This document shows, piece after piece, positions 1 to 8,675 of a stretch of DNA of 64,000 nucleotides (position 1 is the first letter of the stretch; each line of letters opens with the position of its first letter). The stretch is from contig CAYFXC010000001.1 in the NCBI GenBank assembly GCA_964347045.1, forward strand, positions 96,001 to 160,000, given 5' to 3'. A program made the translations under genes and the position numbers. The notes below the pieces were generated by a model. That model did not search any database, was not told the origin of the DNA, and saw nothing but the letters and a program-made list of their open reading frames with translations. This DNA comes from an uncultured archaeon (GTDB lineage: Archaea > Asgardarchaeota > Hermodarchaeia > Hermodarchaeales > Hermodarchaeaceae).

Positions 1-861
1 TTAGAAGGCCATCAAGAGTTTATCAATCAAATTGAAGAAACAGGCTATGCAGTTGATGTCAAAACGAAACCACTTACTGACCAATTACCAGAAGTCGTTG
101 AAGTTCCAAATCCGGTGGATGAAGTCTTGTTTTTCCCTGGGTGTCTTATTAACCTAAGAATTCAAAATGTAGGAATGAACGTTGTCGAGGTACTAAAGCG
201 TAATAATGTGCGAGTGCATATTCCAAAAGATTTCGTTTGCTGTACTAGTGTGGCATTTCGGACTGGAGTAAAAACCATTGCCTACGATATGGTCATTCGT
301 AATACAGATTATTTCAAGAAACTCGGTGTAACTAAAGTGGTATCTCTTTGTCCAGGCTGTATGTCTACTATTAAACAAGATTGGCCGCTCGTGTTACATG
401 AGAAAGATAAACCTCCATATGATTTCGAACCTTTCGATATCAATGAATATTTAGTAAAACATCTTGGTGTGCAAGGCTTTAACCAAAAGGATCTAAAGCC
501 TCTCTCAGTTCGAGTAGTTTATCATGACCCCTGTCATCTAAACAGGCACCAAGGCATAAGTGAAGAACCACGTAAACTTCTTCAGATGATTCCAGGTATT
601 GAATTTATTGATGTTGAAGATAGTGATAGGTGCTGCGGTGCTGGAGGAGGCGTACGTGCAGGTCGTCGAGAACTTTCTGAGGAGATTGCTGGAATAAAAT
701 TCGAAATTCTTAGTAAAGTCAAACCTGATGTAATCGCCACTTCTTGTTCTTTTTGTTACATTCAATTATTAGACGAAGTGAAAAGGGTCAATTCAGACAT
801 TAAGATCATGAATGTAACAGATCTTCTGGCTGCTTCCTATCGCGGTGAGACTATCAAATGA
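1..861 (+). CDS. Fe-S oxidoreductase with two CCG domains (HdrD/GlcF-like), 5'-truncated by window edge
   Basis: Frame open from position 1; FFPGC, CC..., CPGC, YHDPCHL, CCGAGGG and CSFC motifs typical of CCG domains. Confidence 0.85.
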   Translation, partial: LEGHQEFINQIEETGYAVDVKTKPLTDQLPEVVEVPNPVDEVLFFPGCLINLRIQNVGMNVVEVLKRNNVRVHIPKDFVCCTSVAFRTGVKTIAYDMVIRNTDYFKKLGVTKVVSLCPGCMSTIKQDWPLVLHEKDKPPYDFEPFDINEYLVKHLGVQGFNQKDLKPLSVRVVYHDPCHLNRHQGISEEPRKLLQMIPGIEFIDVEDSDRCCGAGGGVRAGRRELSEEIAGIKFEILSKVKPDVIATSCSFCYIQLLDEVKRVNSDIKIMNVTDLLAASYRGETIK

Positions 862-867
862 AATAAT

Positions 868-1467
868 TCAGAGCCCCACCTGATTGTAAATCTTTGTGCG
901 ATTCCTCTCTACATTTGCACTAACCTGTTCGAAAAGATTCATTCCTGTTGAATCTATAGATACGATTAATGGGCCAAAATTCTTGACTTCCATAATCCAG
1001 AGTGCTTCTGGCATACCAAGATCAAGCCACTCACCTTTAATAATTCGTCGAATCGCCTTTGCTGCTAAAACAGCTGCTCCACCTGTGAAAGCCCCATAGA
1101 CTGCTCCGTATTTTTTCATTGCCGCAGCTGTTTTAGAACCCATACCTCCCTTTCCAATAATAACTCGTACCCCAAAAGCTTCAATGAATTTGTCTTCAAA
1201 CATTTCCATTCGTGTACTTGTAGTGGGACCCGCTGCGATAACCTCCCACCCTGAATCAGTTTGTTTAACAATTGGCCCACAATGAAAAACACATAATCCA
1301 GTGGGATCAATTGGCAAATCCTTTTTCTCTTCAAACCATTTAAGCGCACGTTCGTGCGCTTCATCGCGGGCGGTGAATATTGTACCAGTGATATGAACAA
1401 TATCGTTGACACGAAGTTTTCTAATTGTTTCTTCGGAGATTGGAGTGGTTAAGTTGTAAGTTGCCAT
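868..1467 (-). CDS. Fe-S hydro-lyase (class I fumarate/tartrate hydratase) beta subunit
   Basis: TARDEAH, GPTTSTRM, IGKGGM and LGMPEA motifs. Confidence 0.92.
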   Translation of the reverse strand: MATYNLTTPISEETIRKLRVNDIVHITGTIFTARDEAHERALKWFEEKKDLPIDPTGLCVFHCGPIVKQTDSGWEVIAAGPTTSTRMEMFEDKFIEAFGVRVIIGKGGMGSKTAAAMKKYGAVYGAFTGGAAVLAAKAIRRIIKGEWLDLGMPEALWIMEVKNFGPLIVSIDSTGMNLFEQVSANVERNRTKIYNQVGL

Positions 1468-1468
1468 G

Positions 1469-2362
1469 TTAGTCGACCTTGTGTGAGGTAAATTTAACTT
1501 CTCCTTCCTTTGTAATTAGGACTGAGGCACGTCTTGCAGCCCAACATTGGACAGCAACACCAACAGGAAATGATGCAGGATGCCTCATTGCCACATCAAT
1601 ATGGACATCCAAAGATGTTGTGTCACCTCCCAATCCCATTGGTCCAATACCTGTCTGATTAATTGCGGATAATAGCTCTTCTTCCATTTTAGCAATTTTA
1701 GAATCAAGGTGACGTTGTCCTACAGGTCTGAGTAATTGTTCTTTAGCAATTTTCATGCAGATATCGGCACCTCCCCCTATCCCTATTCCAAGAATCGTAG
1801 GTGGGCAGGGTTTTGCTCCGGCATCAATTACAGAATCAATCACAAATCGCTTCATCCCCTTCAATCCTTGTCCTGGGGTTAGCATGCCAAGTTGACAGAC
1901 ATTTTCTGAACCCCCACCTTTTGGCAAGGCAGTAATTTCTAGATTAGTTCCCTTAACAATTTTCCAATTAATCCATGGAATATGAAGACCTGTATTATCT
2001 CCAGGATTCTTTTGCAAAATTGGGTTTACAGTATTAGGACGCAGTGGAATTTCTTGTGTTGCTCTTTGGACCGCGTGTTTGAGAATAATTGGAAGCTGGT
2101 CTAGTAAAGGAAATTTTGCTCCGACGGACAAATAGAATATTTGAATTCCTGTATCTTGACACATTGGAATTGAACGAGTTCTTGCAAGACTAACATTATC
2201 TAAGATCGCTTGGAGTTGGCTTTTGGCGGTTTTGTTCCGCTCTTTTTCAAAAGCTCGTTTAAGACCTTCAGATACATCTAGTGGTAAATCGGTAACAGCC
2301 AATCGAAGAAGATCTACTACTGTATCTTCTAAAAAAGAAACTTGCAAACTCAAACTCTCCAT
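1469..2362 (-). CDS. Fe-S hydro-lyase (class I fumarate/tartrate hydratase) alpha subunit
   Basis: CQDTG, PKGGGSEN, CPP, GIGPMGLGG and QCWAAR motifs; adjacent to the beta subunit. Confidence 0.92.
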   Translation of the reverse strand: MESLSLQVSFLEDTVVDLLRLAVTDLPLDVSEGLKRAFEKERNKTAKSQLQAILDNVSLARTRSIPMCQDTGIQIFYLSVGAKFPLLDQLPIILKHAVQRATQEIPLRPNTVNPILQKNPGDNTGLHIPWINWKIVKGTNLEITALPKGGGSENVCQLGMLTPGQGLKGMKRFVIDSVIDAGAKPCPPTILGIGIGGGADICMKIAKEQLLRPVGQRHLDSKIAKMEEELLSAINQTGIGPMGLGGDTTSLDVHIDVAMRHPASFPVGVAVQCWAARRASVLITKEGEVKFTSHKVD

Positions 2363-2385
2363 TTTTTTATAATTAGAAATAGAAC

Positions 2386-2976
2386 CTAGGTTCCTATCTT
2401 TTTAGGTTGTGCAAGTTTCGATCCAAGCAATATTTTTCGTAAAATTCCTTGTAGGATTTCTAGTGTGAATGTGCCTTGGATTGCTATGGTTTCAAAAATC
2501 GACGATGTACCATTTATTCCAAGAGTGTTGATTAATTCAAATCGACTAATCGCGGGTAATATATCTCGCTTGTTTAATGCAAAAATCACAGGGATTTCAT
2601 CTGAAAGTTTATCCCCGAAGAACCCCTTTAGCTCTTCCCAACAACGTTGATTTTCAGTTATTAGATTCGGATTTGAATCTGCTACAAAAACGATACCATC
2701 GGTTCCTGCTAGAACCGTTGATCGAGTCTCTGCGTAATAGTCTTGACCAGTTGCTGACCAGATATGAATTTGTATAGTCCATTCCCCATGGGAAAGTTCA
2801 ATAGGTCCGTAATCAAAAAAAAGAGTTCTTCCTGAAGTTGTTTCAATTGATTCAAGTCGAGAAAAAATATTGAGACGATGAAATAGGGCTCGAATGCTAG
2901 CCGTTTTTCCGCTCATAGCGGGACCATAATATACGATTTTCGTTTGAATAATTCGTTGACTCCAATCAATTAGCAT
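2386..2976 (-). CDS. MglA-family small GTPase
   Basis: KIVYYGPAMSGKT (G1), GRTLFFD switch I, ATGQ (G3), DGIVFVADS, NKRD (G4). Confidence 0.9.
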   Translation of the reverse strand: MLIDWSQRIIQTKIVYYGPAMSGKTASIRALFHRLNIFSRLESIETTSGRTLFFDYGPIELSHGEWTIQIHIWSATGQDYYAETRSTVLAGTDGIVFVADSNPNLITENQRCWEELKGFFGDKLSDEIPVIFALNKRDILPAISRFELINTLGINGTSSIFETIAIQGTFTLEILQGILRKILLGSKLAQPKKIGT

Positions 2977-2997
2977 GAGTGTTTTTCCCTCAATTGA

Positions 2998-3888
2998 TTA
3001 GATTGTCCAGAATCCTTCTAATCGATCTCCAAACGTTTGTCCTGCACCATCTTGCACAGAAGTCTGGAAGTCTTCGCCCCATTCCGCTTTAATGAACTCC
3101 ATTAATCGATCAATCGATGCTCCCCTATAATCAATTGCTTGTCGTAGCATTTTGTCAGAAATTACAGATTTTACTCCAACTTCTTGTAGCAAACGGAGAC
3201 GCATTAGGATAATCATAACTCTCCAAGCGGCTTCGACAAAAGCTTGAATGTGTTCCTTGTACAGACTTTGACTCACACGATCTTCTTCATGGTTGAGATC
3301 TACTAAGCTCCTTTCAAGTCGATTACTGACTTTCCCTTGTGCTGCACGTTTTAGAATTCGTGTAATTCTCTCAATCTTTGTTCGTGTTTCCGATGTAACC
3401 TTTTCTAATAATTTCAACTCAAAACTAGTATCAGAAAACCCCTCTGAACTTCCATTAGATTCTATCGTGAGCTTGCCTTTTTCAAATCGTAAAGTTAATG
3501 GTGATGTTGAGGTTTGGGCAAAAGCTTGGTAGATTTCATGCAAATGTGTTTTGTCGGTAGCAATTACCCATCCTCGAAAATCAAGTATCTGATTGGATAC
3601 TAGTTGTGCCGCAGATGATGGAACACGATAAATCAAACGTTCTCCGTTATAGTCACCCTTCTCATGGAGAACCATCTGCTCATGTTCTGAATAGGAAACA
3701 AAATCTGATCCAAAAACCATCTCGCGGCGATGTGGTACAAGTTTTACTAGGGACTCAGCAATTATATCCACTGACTCTTGGGATTCGCTGAAAATAATGA
3801 TTGGATATCTATCTAACACTGAGCGTAACACAATTGCTAATTGTTTTCTCCCTAGGGTATACAAACCATTATCCAGAAACGTATTCAT
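2998..3888 (-). CDS. Hypothetical protein with DENN-core-like N-terminal half
   Basis: LYTLGRKQLAIVLRSVLDRYPIIIFSESQESVDIIAESLVKLVP follows the cDENN pattern by eye; helical C-terminal half; ATGA overlap with the upstream roadblock gene. Confidence 0.55.
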   Translation of the reverse strand: MNTFLDNGLYTLGRKQLAIVLRSVLDRYPIIIFSESQESVDIIAESLVKLVPHRREMVFGSDFVSYSEHEQMVLHEKGDYNGERLIYRVPSSAAQLVSNQILDFRGWVIATDKTHLHEIYQAFAQTSTSPLTLRFEKGKLTIESNGSSEGFSDTSFELKLLEKVTSETRTKIERITRILKRAAQGKVSNRLERSLVDLNHEEDRVSQSLYKEHIQAFVEAAWRVMIILMRLRLLQEVGVKSVISDKMLRQAIDYRGASIDRLMEFIKAEWGEDFQTSVQDGAGQTFGDRLEGFWTI

Positions 3889-4811
3889 CGAGCGATCGCC
3901 TCCAAAAAACCATCAACATCTATTGTGGGTTTTTGTGCTGAAGGTGCCTTTTGTAATACTGATTCGATTTCAGCAATGAAATTTGGAATAATTAATCTAA
4001 GCAAGCCGAGACGCATAGAGTCCTTCCGAATTAAGGTACTGAACAGGCCTCCTGCTAATCGATAGATAAAGTGTTGTTTAGACCCACAATCGCATAGTAC
4101 CTGAAGTATCCTAGTTCGTTTCACTAGTTGAGCAACTTTTCGAGAAGTGTCAAAGAGCGTGTAGGTTAGGGTGGAATTGCGAATACGCATTCCTTCGTTA
4201 TAGCGCTGTGTTGGAATTAAGTAACCACCTTCAAGACAGACCTCGCCAGTTTGAGCGGAAGGTAAGGCTTGAAGAAAATCAGTGACAATTGCAGATATCT
4301 GTTGAGCCGCATTTTCTGTAATGGTTAAATTTAGGGTGCCCGTGGACCAAGCCCGTTGAGGCCCTTCTCGAACGTTGAATGCATTGAAAATTTGAGTGCG
4401 TTCCGCCCTCTCAAAGGATCGTAAAGGTGGAATAAATTGCTCATTCCAAAGTGCTTCGTCTAAATGGGTTATAGTCCTCTCTAATTGTAATAACAGGGCT
4501 CCTAAATTGCTGTGGCTTTGGGTAGTAACAGTAACAAAATAGTTTGCTGCTCGCGGAAGAGTGGCTAATAAAAACTTACTTCGTTCTCCTTCAATTAACA
4601 CATATGATAACTCATCATGGAGCCGTTGGGCCACTGATAAAATGGCAGCAGCTGAAGAAGATAAACCAAAAATCTCATTTTCTGACAACCACACTCCACT
4701 GCTTGAAATTGGATAACCATCCCTTTGGACTAGTACAGAATTTTCTACGCCAGGAACTGCTTTGATATTTTGCAAATGTAAATTGAACTGATCTATCATT
4801 TTACCTGGCAT
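3885..4811 (-). CDS. Tandem roadblock/LC7 (MglB-like) domain protein
   Basis: VPGVENSVLVQRDGYPI...LSSSAAAIL...VLIEGERSK...NLGALL is a canonical roadblock; second degenerate copy ends MRLGLLRL. Start moved to ATG 4811 because the longer ORF runs into the tRNA. Confidence 0.8.
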   Translation of the reverse strand: MPGKMIDQFNLHLQNIKAVPGVENSVLVQRDGYPISSSGVWLSENEIFGLSSSAAAILSVAQRLHDELSYVLIEGERSKFLLATLPRAANYFVTVTTQSHSNLGALLLQLERTITHLDEALWNEQFIPPLRSFERAERTQIFNAFNVREGPQRAWSTGTLNLTITENAAQQISAIVTDFLQALPSAQTGEVCLEGGYLIPTQRYNEGMRIRNSTLTYTLFDTSRKVAQLVKRTRILQVLCDCGSKQHFIYRLAGGLFSTLIRKDSMRLGLLRLIIPNFIAEIESVLQKAPSAQKPTIDVDGFLEAIAR

Positions 4812-4879
4812 TTTCTGGTTGCTCCACAAGTTGGAGCAGTTTACCATATAAAAACCAACAAAAGTAACCGATGGTGAAA

Positions 4880-4995
4880 TGGTGCGGGGGGTGGGATTCG
4901 AACCCACGAAGGTCTACACCACAGGAGCCTCAGTCCTGCCCCTTTAGTCGGAGCGGGTAAACCACGTTCCTTAGACCATGCTCGGGTACCCCCGC
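4880..4995 (-). tRNA. tRNA-Leu(GAG) with 28-nt D-loop intron (~21/22; ~4944-4971), CCA encoded
   Basis: GCGGGGG/CCCCCGC acceptor stem, CT-GAG-GC loop, long variable arm, GTTCGAATC; insert has GGTC/GACT 4-bp helix with 3-nt bulges. Confidence 0.93.
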
Positions 4996-5028
4996 AAGGG
5001 AGAGATAACCTCCTCGTCTCCTCCTCAC

Positions 5029-5036
5029 TTTTTAAA
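5029..5036 (-). promoter_or_regulatory. TATA box of tRNA-Leu
   Basis: TTTAAAAA on minus strand ~35-40 nt upstream of the tRNA. Confidence 0.5.
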
Positions 5037-5343
5037 TTTTGTTGGCGACAAAAATAAATTGCGTCTCACTGATTAGCCAAACACCAATTAGATATCAGAT
5101 AAGTCATCTGGTGGAAGGGGAGGGCATATTGTTTCAATTTGATTGGCGCCAATCGCTTGTTTGCAAACAATGATTATGGTAATTATTTTTTTTCTCACTT
5201 AATATGACTGGAAATGGCTTTTTCTCCATTCTATTAGCTCGCATACAAGGTAATACTGGATTTTTTTCTGCCGTTTGCTATTTAAAACCAAGAGAGCTTT
5301 AAGTTGAGTGCCTTTTGTCTCTCTAATTGTACCTTTTTACTGG

Positions 5344-5397
5344 TGGGTAATACCCAGATAATACTAGAACCTTTTCAGGATAATATCTAGGTATCAC
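5344..5397 (+). promoter_or_regulatory. Phased heptamer repeats upstream of cdrS-ftsZ (putative RHH operator)
   Basis: GTAATAC 5347, ATAATAC 5358, ATAATAT 5380, GTATCAC 5391 (11-bp phase). Confidence 0.4.
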
Positions 5398-5407
5398 GCT
5401 GATTGAT

Positions 5408-5575
5408 ATGAAGCTAATTACTGTAAACCTTCCAGAGGCATACGTAAACGGAATTGAACGACTGATTCTCGAGAAGCTATATCCAAATCGCAGTGAAGCG
5501 ATTCGCATCGCAGTAAGAGATCTTCTGAAAAAAGAACTTTGGGAACAAAATGCTCCACAACCAAAAATAAGGTGA
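5408..5575 (+). CDS. cdrS: Ribbon-helix-helix cell-division regulator CdrS (not in ORF track)
   Basis: MKLITVNLPEAYVNGIERLILEKLYPNRSEAIRIAVRDLLKKE; YPNRSEAIR motif; directly upstream of ftsZ as in the archaeal cdrS-ftsZ2 operon. Confidence 0.88.
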   Translation: MKLITVNLPEAYVNGIERLILEKLYPNRSEAIRIAVRDLLKKELWEQNAPQPKIR

Positions 5576-5582
5576 CTATACA

Positions 5583-6923
5583 ATGGATGGTGGATTATCT
5601 AAACTTGTACGTGATGCTACTAAACGTCCTATAAAAACACCTGTTCAGTATTCAAAACCTGGTGCTAGGATAATGGTAGCCGGTATTGGTGGTGGAGGAA
5701 ACAATACGATAAATAGGTTGGTTCAAATCGGAATACAAGGTGCTGAATGTATCGCCGTTAACACAGACCAACAACACCTCGATCATGTTCAAGCCCATAA
5801 GAAAATGCTTATTGGAAAAACAATTACAAGAGGATTGGGCACAGGAGGCTTTCCGGAGCTAGGAGCTGCGGCAGCTGAGGAATCACGCCAAGATTTAACC
5901 AACCTTTTACGCGGAGTAGATCTGCTTTTCATAGCTGCTGGACTAGGTGGAGGAACAGGAACTGGGGCTGCACCTGTTATTGCAGAAATAGCAAAACAAA
6001 ATGGTGCAATTGTTGTATGCACAGTAACCACACCATTTACCATTGAGGGGGCAAGAATTGATAAGGCTCATCGCGGGCTCCAAAGGTTACGTAGATACGC
6101 AGATACCGTTATTGTAATCGATAATAACAAATTACTTGAAATAGCACGCGATCTACCAATTGATGAAGCCTTTAGTGTTGCAGACGAAATTCTTGCTAGT
6201 ATGGTAAAGGGTGTTACTGAGACCATTAGCTTACCAAGTTTAATCAACTTGGACTTTGCAGACGTTCGAAGTGTTTTGGCAGGAGGAGGTGTGGCATTAG
6301 TTGGTTTGGGGGAAGCCGCACAATCTGAAACAACAGATTATGATCGCATTTCAGAAGCTGTGAAGAATTCTCTTCATTCTCCTTTACTTGGTGATTTGAG
6401 TGTAAAAGGTGCTACTGGAGCATTAATTCACGTAATTGGTGGACCTGATCTTAGTCTTGAAGAAGCTACGCGTGTTGCTGATGTAGTGACTCGTCAGATG
6501 AGACACGACGCCCGAATTATTTGGGGAGCGCGTATTATCCCTGATTTTGCAGGGTATGTCCGTGTTCTACTCATCGTGACTGGTTTGGAAGGGAACTCTG
6601 CTGTACTTCCTGGTTTTCGAGGGAATGTAGAAATTTTCGATGATGTCGATTGGAATTCACTCCATCTCTATCGATTGGATTCAAGTGGAAATGATACTGT
6701 GACAACTGAAGGGCATTCAATTAGGGTCTCACAAACACCCAGTTCGATTGAATCAGAAAAACTAACTCGTGTTCAAATAGAATCTTCTAATATTAATTCA
6801 GGAAATCAAAGTGGTAACCAAGATCCAGCCATCTCGCTTATCAGTTCAAATGTTTCCGGTAATGAACCTTTGCGTGGGTTAGGTCTAAAAAAGATCGAGT
6901 CTGCTTCGAGCGCCAGTACTTAG
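5583..6923 (+). CDS. ftsZ: Cell division protein FtsZ (FtsZ2-type context) with long C-terminal tail
   Basis: GIGGGGNN, AVNTD, GLGGGTGTG and INLDFADV motifs. Confidence 0.97.
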   Translation: MDGGLSKLVRDATKRPIKTPVQYSKPGARIMVAGIGGGGNNTINRLVQIGIQGAECIAVNTDQQHLDHVQAHKKMLIGKTITRGLGTGGFPELGAAAAEESRQDLTNLLRGVDLLFIAAGLGGGTGTGAAPVIAEIAKQNGAIVVCTVTTPFTIEGARIDKAHRGLQRLRRYADTVIVIDNNKLLEIARDLPIDEAFSVADEILASMVKGVTETISLPSLINLDFADVRSVLAGGGVALVGLGEAAQSETTDYDRISEAVKNSLHSPLLGDLSVKGATGALIHVIGGPDLSLEEATRVADVVTRQMRHDARIIWGARIIPDFAGYVRVLLIVTGLEGNSAVLPGFRGNVEIFDDVDWNSLHLYRLDSSGNDTVTTEGHSIRVSQTPSSIESEKLTRVQIESSNINSGNQSGNQDPAISLISSNVSGNEPLRGLGLKKIESASSAST

Positions 6924-6948
6924 ATCAACCTGCTAAGTAACTAATTCT

Positions 6949-7164
6949 CTATCCTCCAATCCAACCTAGAAAAGCCTGCCTTAATTGGTCTAGCTGAATG
7001 ACTATTGAATGGAAAAGTCCTTGGGACCATCCCATCACATCAAGGATTACTGTAATCAAAACTGTAATGGTGAGGATGGCTAACCCTAGGAGAAGCCCTT
7101 GTTCGACAAGTGGTGATCCTCGTTTATTACGAATGAACTCTCTAATCACCTTAATCAAAGACAT
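6949..7164 (-). CDS. Flp/type IV pilin-like protein (class III signal peptide)
   Basis: Basic leader ...RNKRG|SPLVE with Glu+5, followed by a hydrophobic helix; downstream of TadB/C-like genes. Confidence 0.7.
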   Translation of the reverse strand: MSLIKVIREFIRNKRGSPLVEQGLLLGLAILTITVLITVILDVMGWSQGLFHSIVIQLDQLRQAFLGWIGG

Positions 7165-7211
7165 GCTGGATCCCGTAAATTCGTCTAGTCATAGTTATTT
7201 AAGCTCCACAA

Positions 7212-7871
7212 TTAAAGAAGCAACAATAAGAGATTAGATATGAGAATGTAAATACTCCCAAACGCAACTAGATTTAAAGAAAGCGTTCTTAACGATCCCC
7301 CCACAGTCTGGTTGAAACTATATCCTGTTACAATGACGGTTAAAAATGATGCAATTAGAATATAAAATGAAAGTGAAGATGGAAAAATCTCTGTACTGAA
7401 CCATAGACCTTGATAAAACGCGAGAGTAAGAAGGGGGGCTATTGCCGCAATCATTCCAATGACGACTGAGGAGACAAACGAAAGTACCAATACTTTCACC
7501 TTTTGACTGCTAATCAAATTTTTCCTGTTTTTTGTCATTGCACTATTTTTTCTTACATGCCGAAGGACTTGTAACATTCTTTCTCCCCCAGCCACCGAGC
7601 CCTTGTCGACGAAACGACCTAATAATTCAAGTAGACGTGCATTTCGACTATTATCGTACTTAATCACTAAATCCGACCAAGCAACACGAAAGGATTTTGT
7701 TCCGTTTATAATACAATTCATTGCCTCAATGATATTTTTGGGTGTTTGCTTCCTAAAATAGTGTGAAGTTCTAAGTAATGCATATTCCGGGCTAGATCCT
7801 GAGGCAAGCTCTGTTGATAGATGTGTAAGGAAGTCTAAGAATTGGTCAAATTCATCGTCATGTGAATGCAT
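7212..7871 (-). CDS. T2SS-F / TadC-like pilus platform membrane protein
   Basis: FLDFLTHLSTELASGSSPEYAL helix plus C-terminal TM segments; start taken at ATG 7871 to avoid overlap. Confidence 0.7.
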   Translation of the reverse strand: MHSHDDEFDQFLDFLTHLSTELASGSSPEYALLRTSHYFRKQTPKNIIEAMNCIINGTKSFRVAWSDLVIKYDNSRNARLLELLGRFVDKGSVAGGERMLQVLRHVRKNSAMTKNRKNLISSQKVKVLVLSFVSSVVIGMIAAIAPLLTLAFYQGLWFSTEIFPSSLSFYILIASFLTVIVTGYSFNQTVGGSLRTLSLNLVAFGSIYILISNLLLLLL

Positions 7872-7876
7872 CTTTT

Positions 7877-8662
7877 CTACTCTCCTAGAAGTATCATTTC
7901 TTTGGGTAGAAGTGTTGAAACCATTATCTTTGCTAGGACAAACTGAAAGACAGGAAGAAGAAGAACCATTGGATGGTTCGCTAGACCTCGTATCGCTACT
8001 CCCATAATGAAAATAATTGGTAAAAATACCAAGATACCTGCAATTACCATCATCCGGCTCTCCCATTGCATTGTTCGTCTTTCATATCGTCTTTGTAAAT
8101 CTTCATGAGCATCATTTATTGCTGCTTCAAGATTAGTTGTTGAAGATTCAACGAATTGGATGAAAGTCAGTAGTCCTCTTCGTAACGTCATTGAAGGCTG
8201 ACTAATTGCATATTGTCGTAACAGTTGTTCGGGAGGTAAACCGTAATTCAGAGGAGTTATCATTTCAGAGAATGCGGATGAAATTGTACCATAATCGCCT
8301 TTTGATACATACTCTATTGATTCAAAAACGGAACCTGTAGTACGAAAAAGCGTGGATAATTCTTCTAGAACATGGGGGGTTGATTTTTCAATTTGAATCA
8401 ACTGTTTTTGATACTTGGAATGAACACTATTCAAGAGAATCAAACAACTCATTAGACCTATCGTAATTCCTAAAACGAGGGCACTAAGTATTGTCAGGAA
8501 AAAACTTAGAAGAAGAGTGCTTACGCCAAGGCTTGTCAAACCTACTACTATTATGCCACCGATAAGATGGCTGGGGTTCAAAGTTGTTTGATAGAGAAAC
8601 TCAATTGCTTCAGAAAACTCTGTAGTTGCAAATCGTTTGAATAAGGAGTGGTTTCCAGGCAC
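7877..8662 (-). CDS. T2SS-F / TadB-like pilus platform membrane protein
   Basis: IEKSTPHVLEELSTLFRTTGSVFESI...YGTISSAF pattern; N- and C-terminal TM helices. Confidence 0.75.
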   Translation of the reverse strand: MPGNHSLFKRFATTEFSEAIEFLYQTTLNPSHLIGGIIVVGLTSLGVSTLLLSFFLTILSALVLGITIGLMSCLILLNSVHSKYQKQLIQIEKSTPHVLEELSTLFRTTGSVFESIEYVSKGDYGTISSAFSEMITPLNYGLPPEQLLRQYAISQPSMTLRRGLLTFIQFVESSTTNLEAAINDAHEDLQRRYERRTMQWESRMMVIAGILVFLPIIFIMGVAIRGLANHPMVLLLPVFQFVLAKIMVSTLLPKEMILLGE

Positions 8663-8675
8663 ACGTTTTCCAATA

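Noticed and set aside
4812-4907. N-terminal extension of the roadblock ORF in the track
   Set aside because: Overlaps the tRNA-Leu 3' end; the roadblock fold starts after ATG 4811
5105-5215. Possible ORB/replication origin (CTGGTGGAAGGGG, ACTGGAAA)
   Set aside because: Poor match to ORB, not repeated, and no orc1/cdc6 in the window
5323-5583. 86-aa minus-strand ORF
   Set aside because: Antisense shadow of cdrS
7872-8066. 5' extension of the TadC-like ORF
   Set aside because: Overlaps the TadB-like gene in another frame and is non-homologous, Ser-rich sequence
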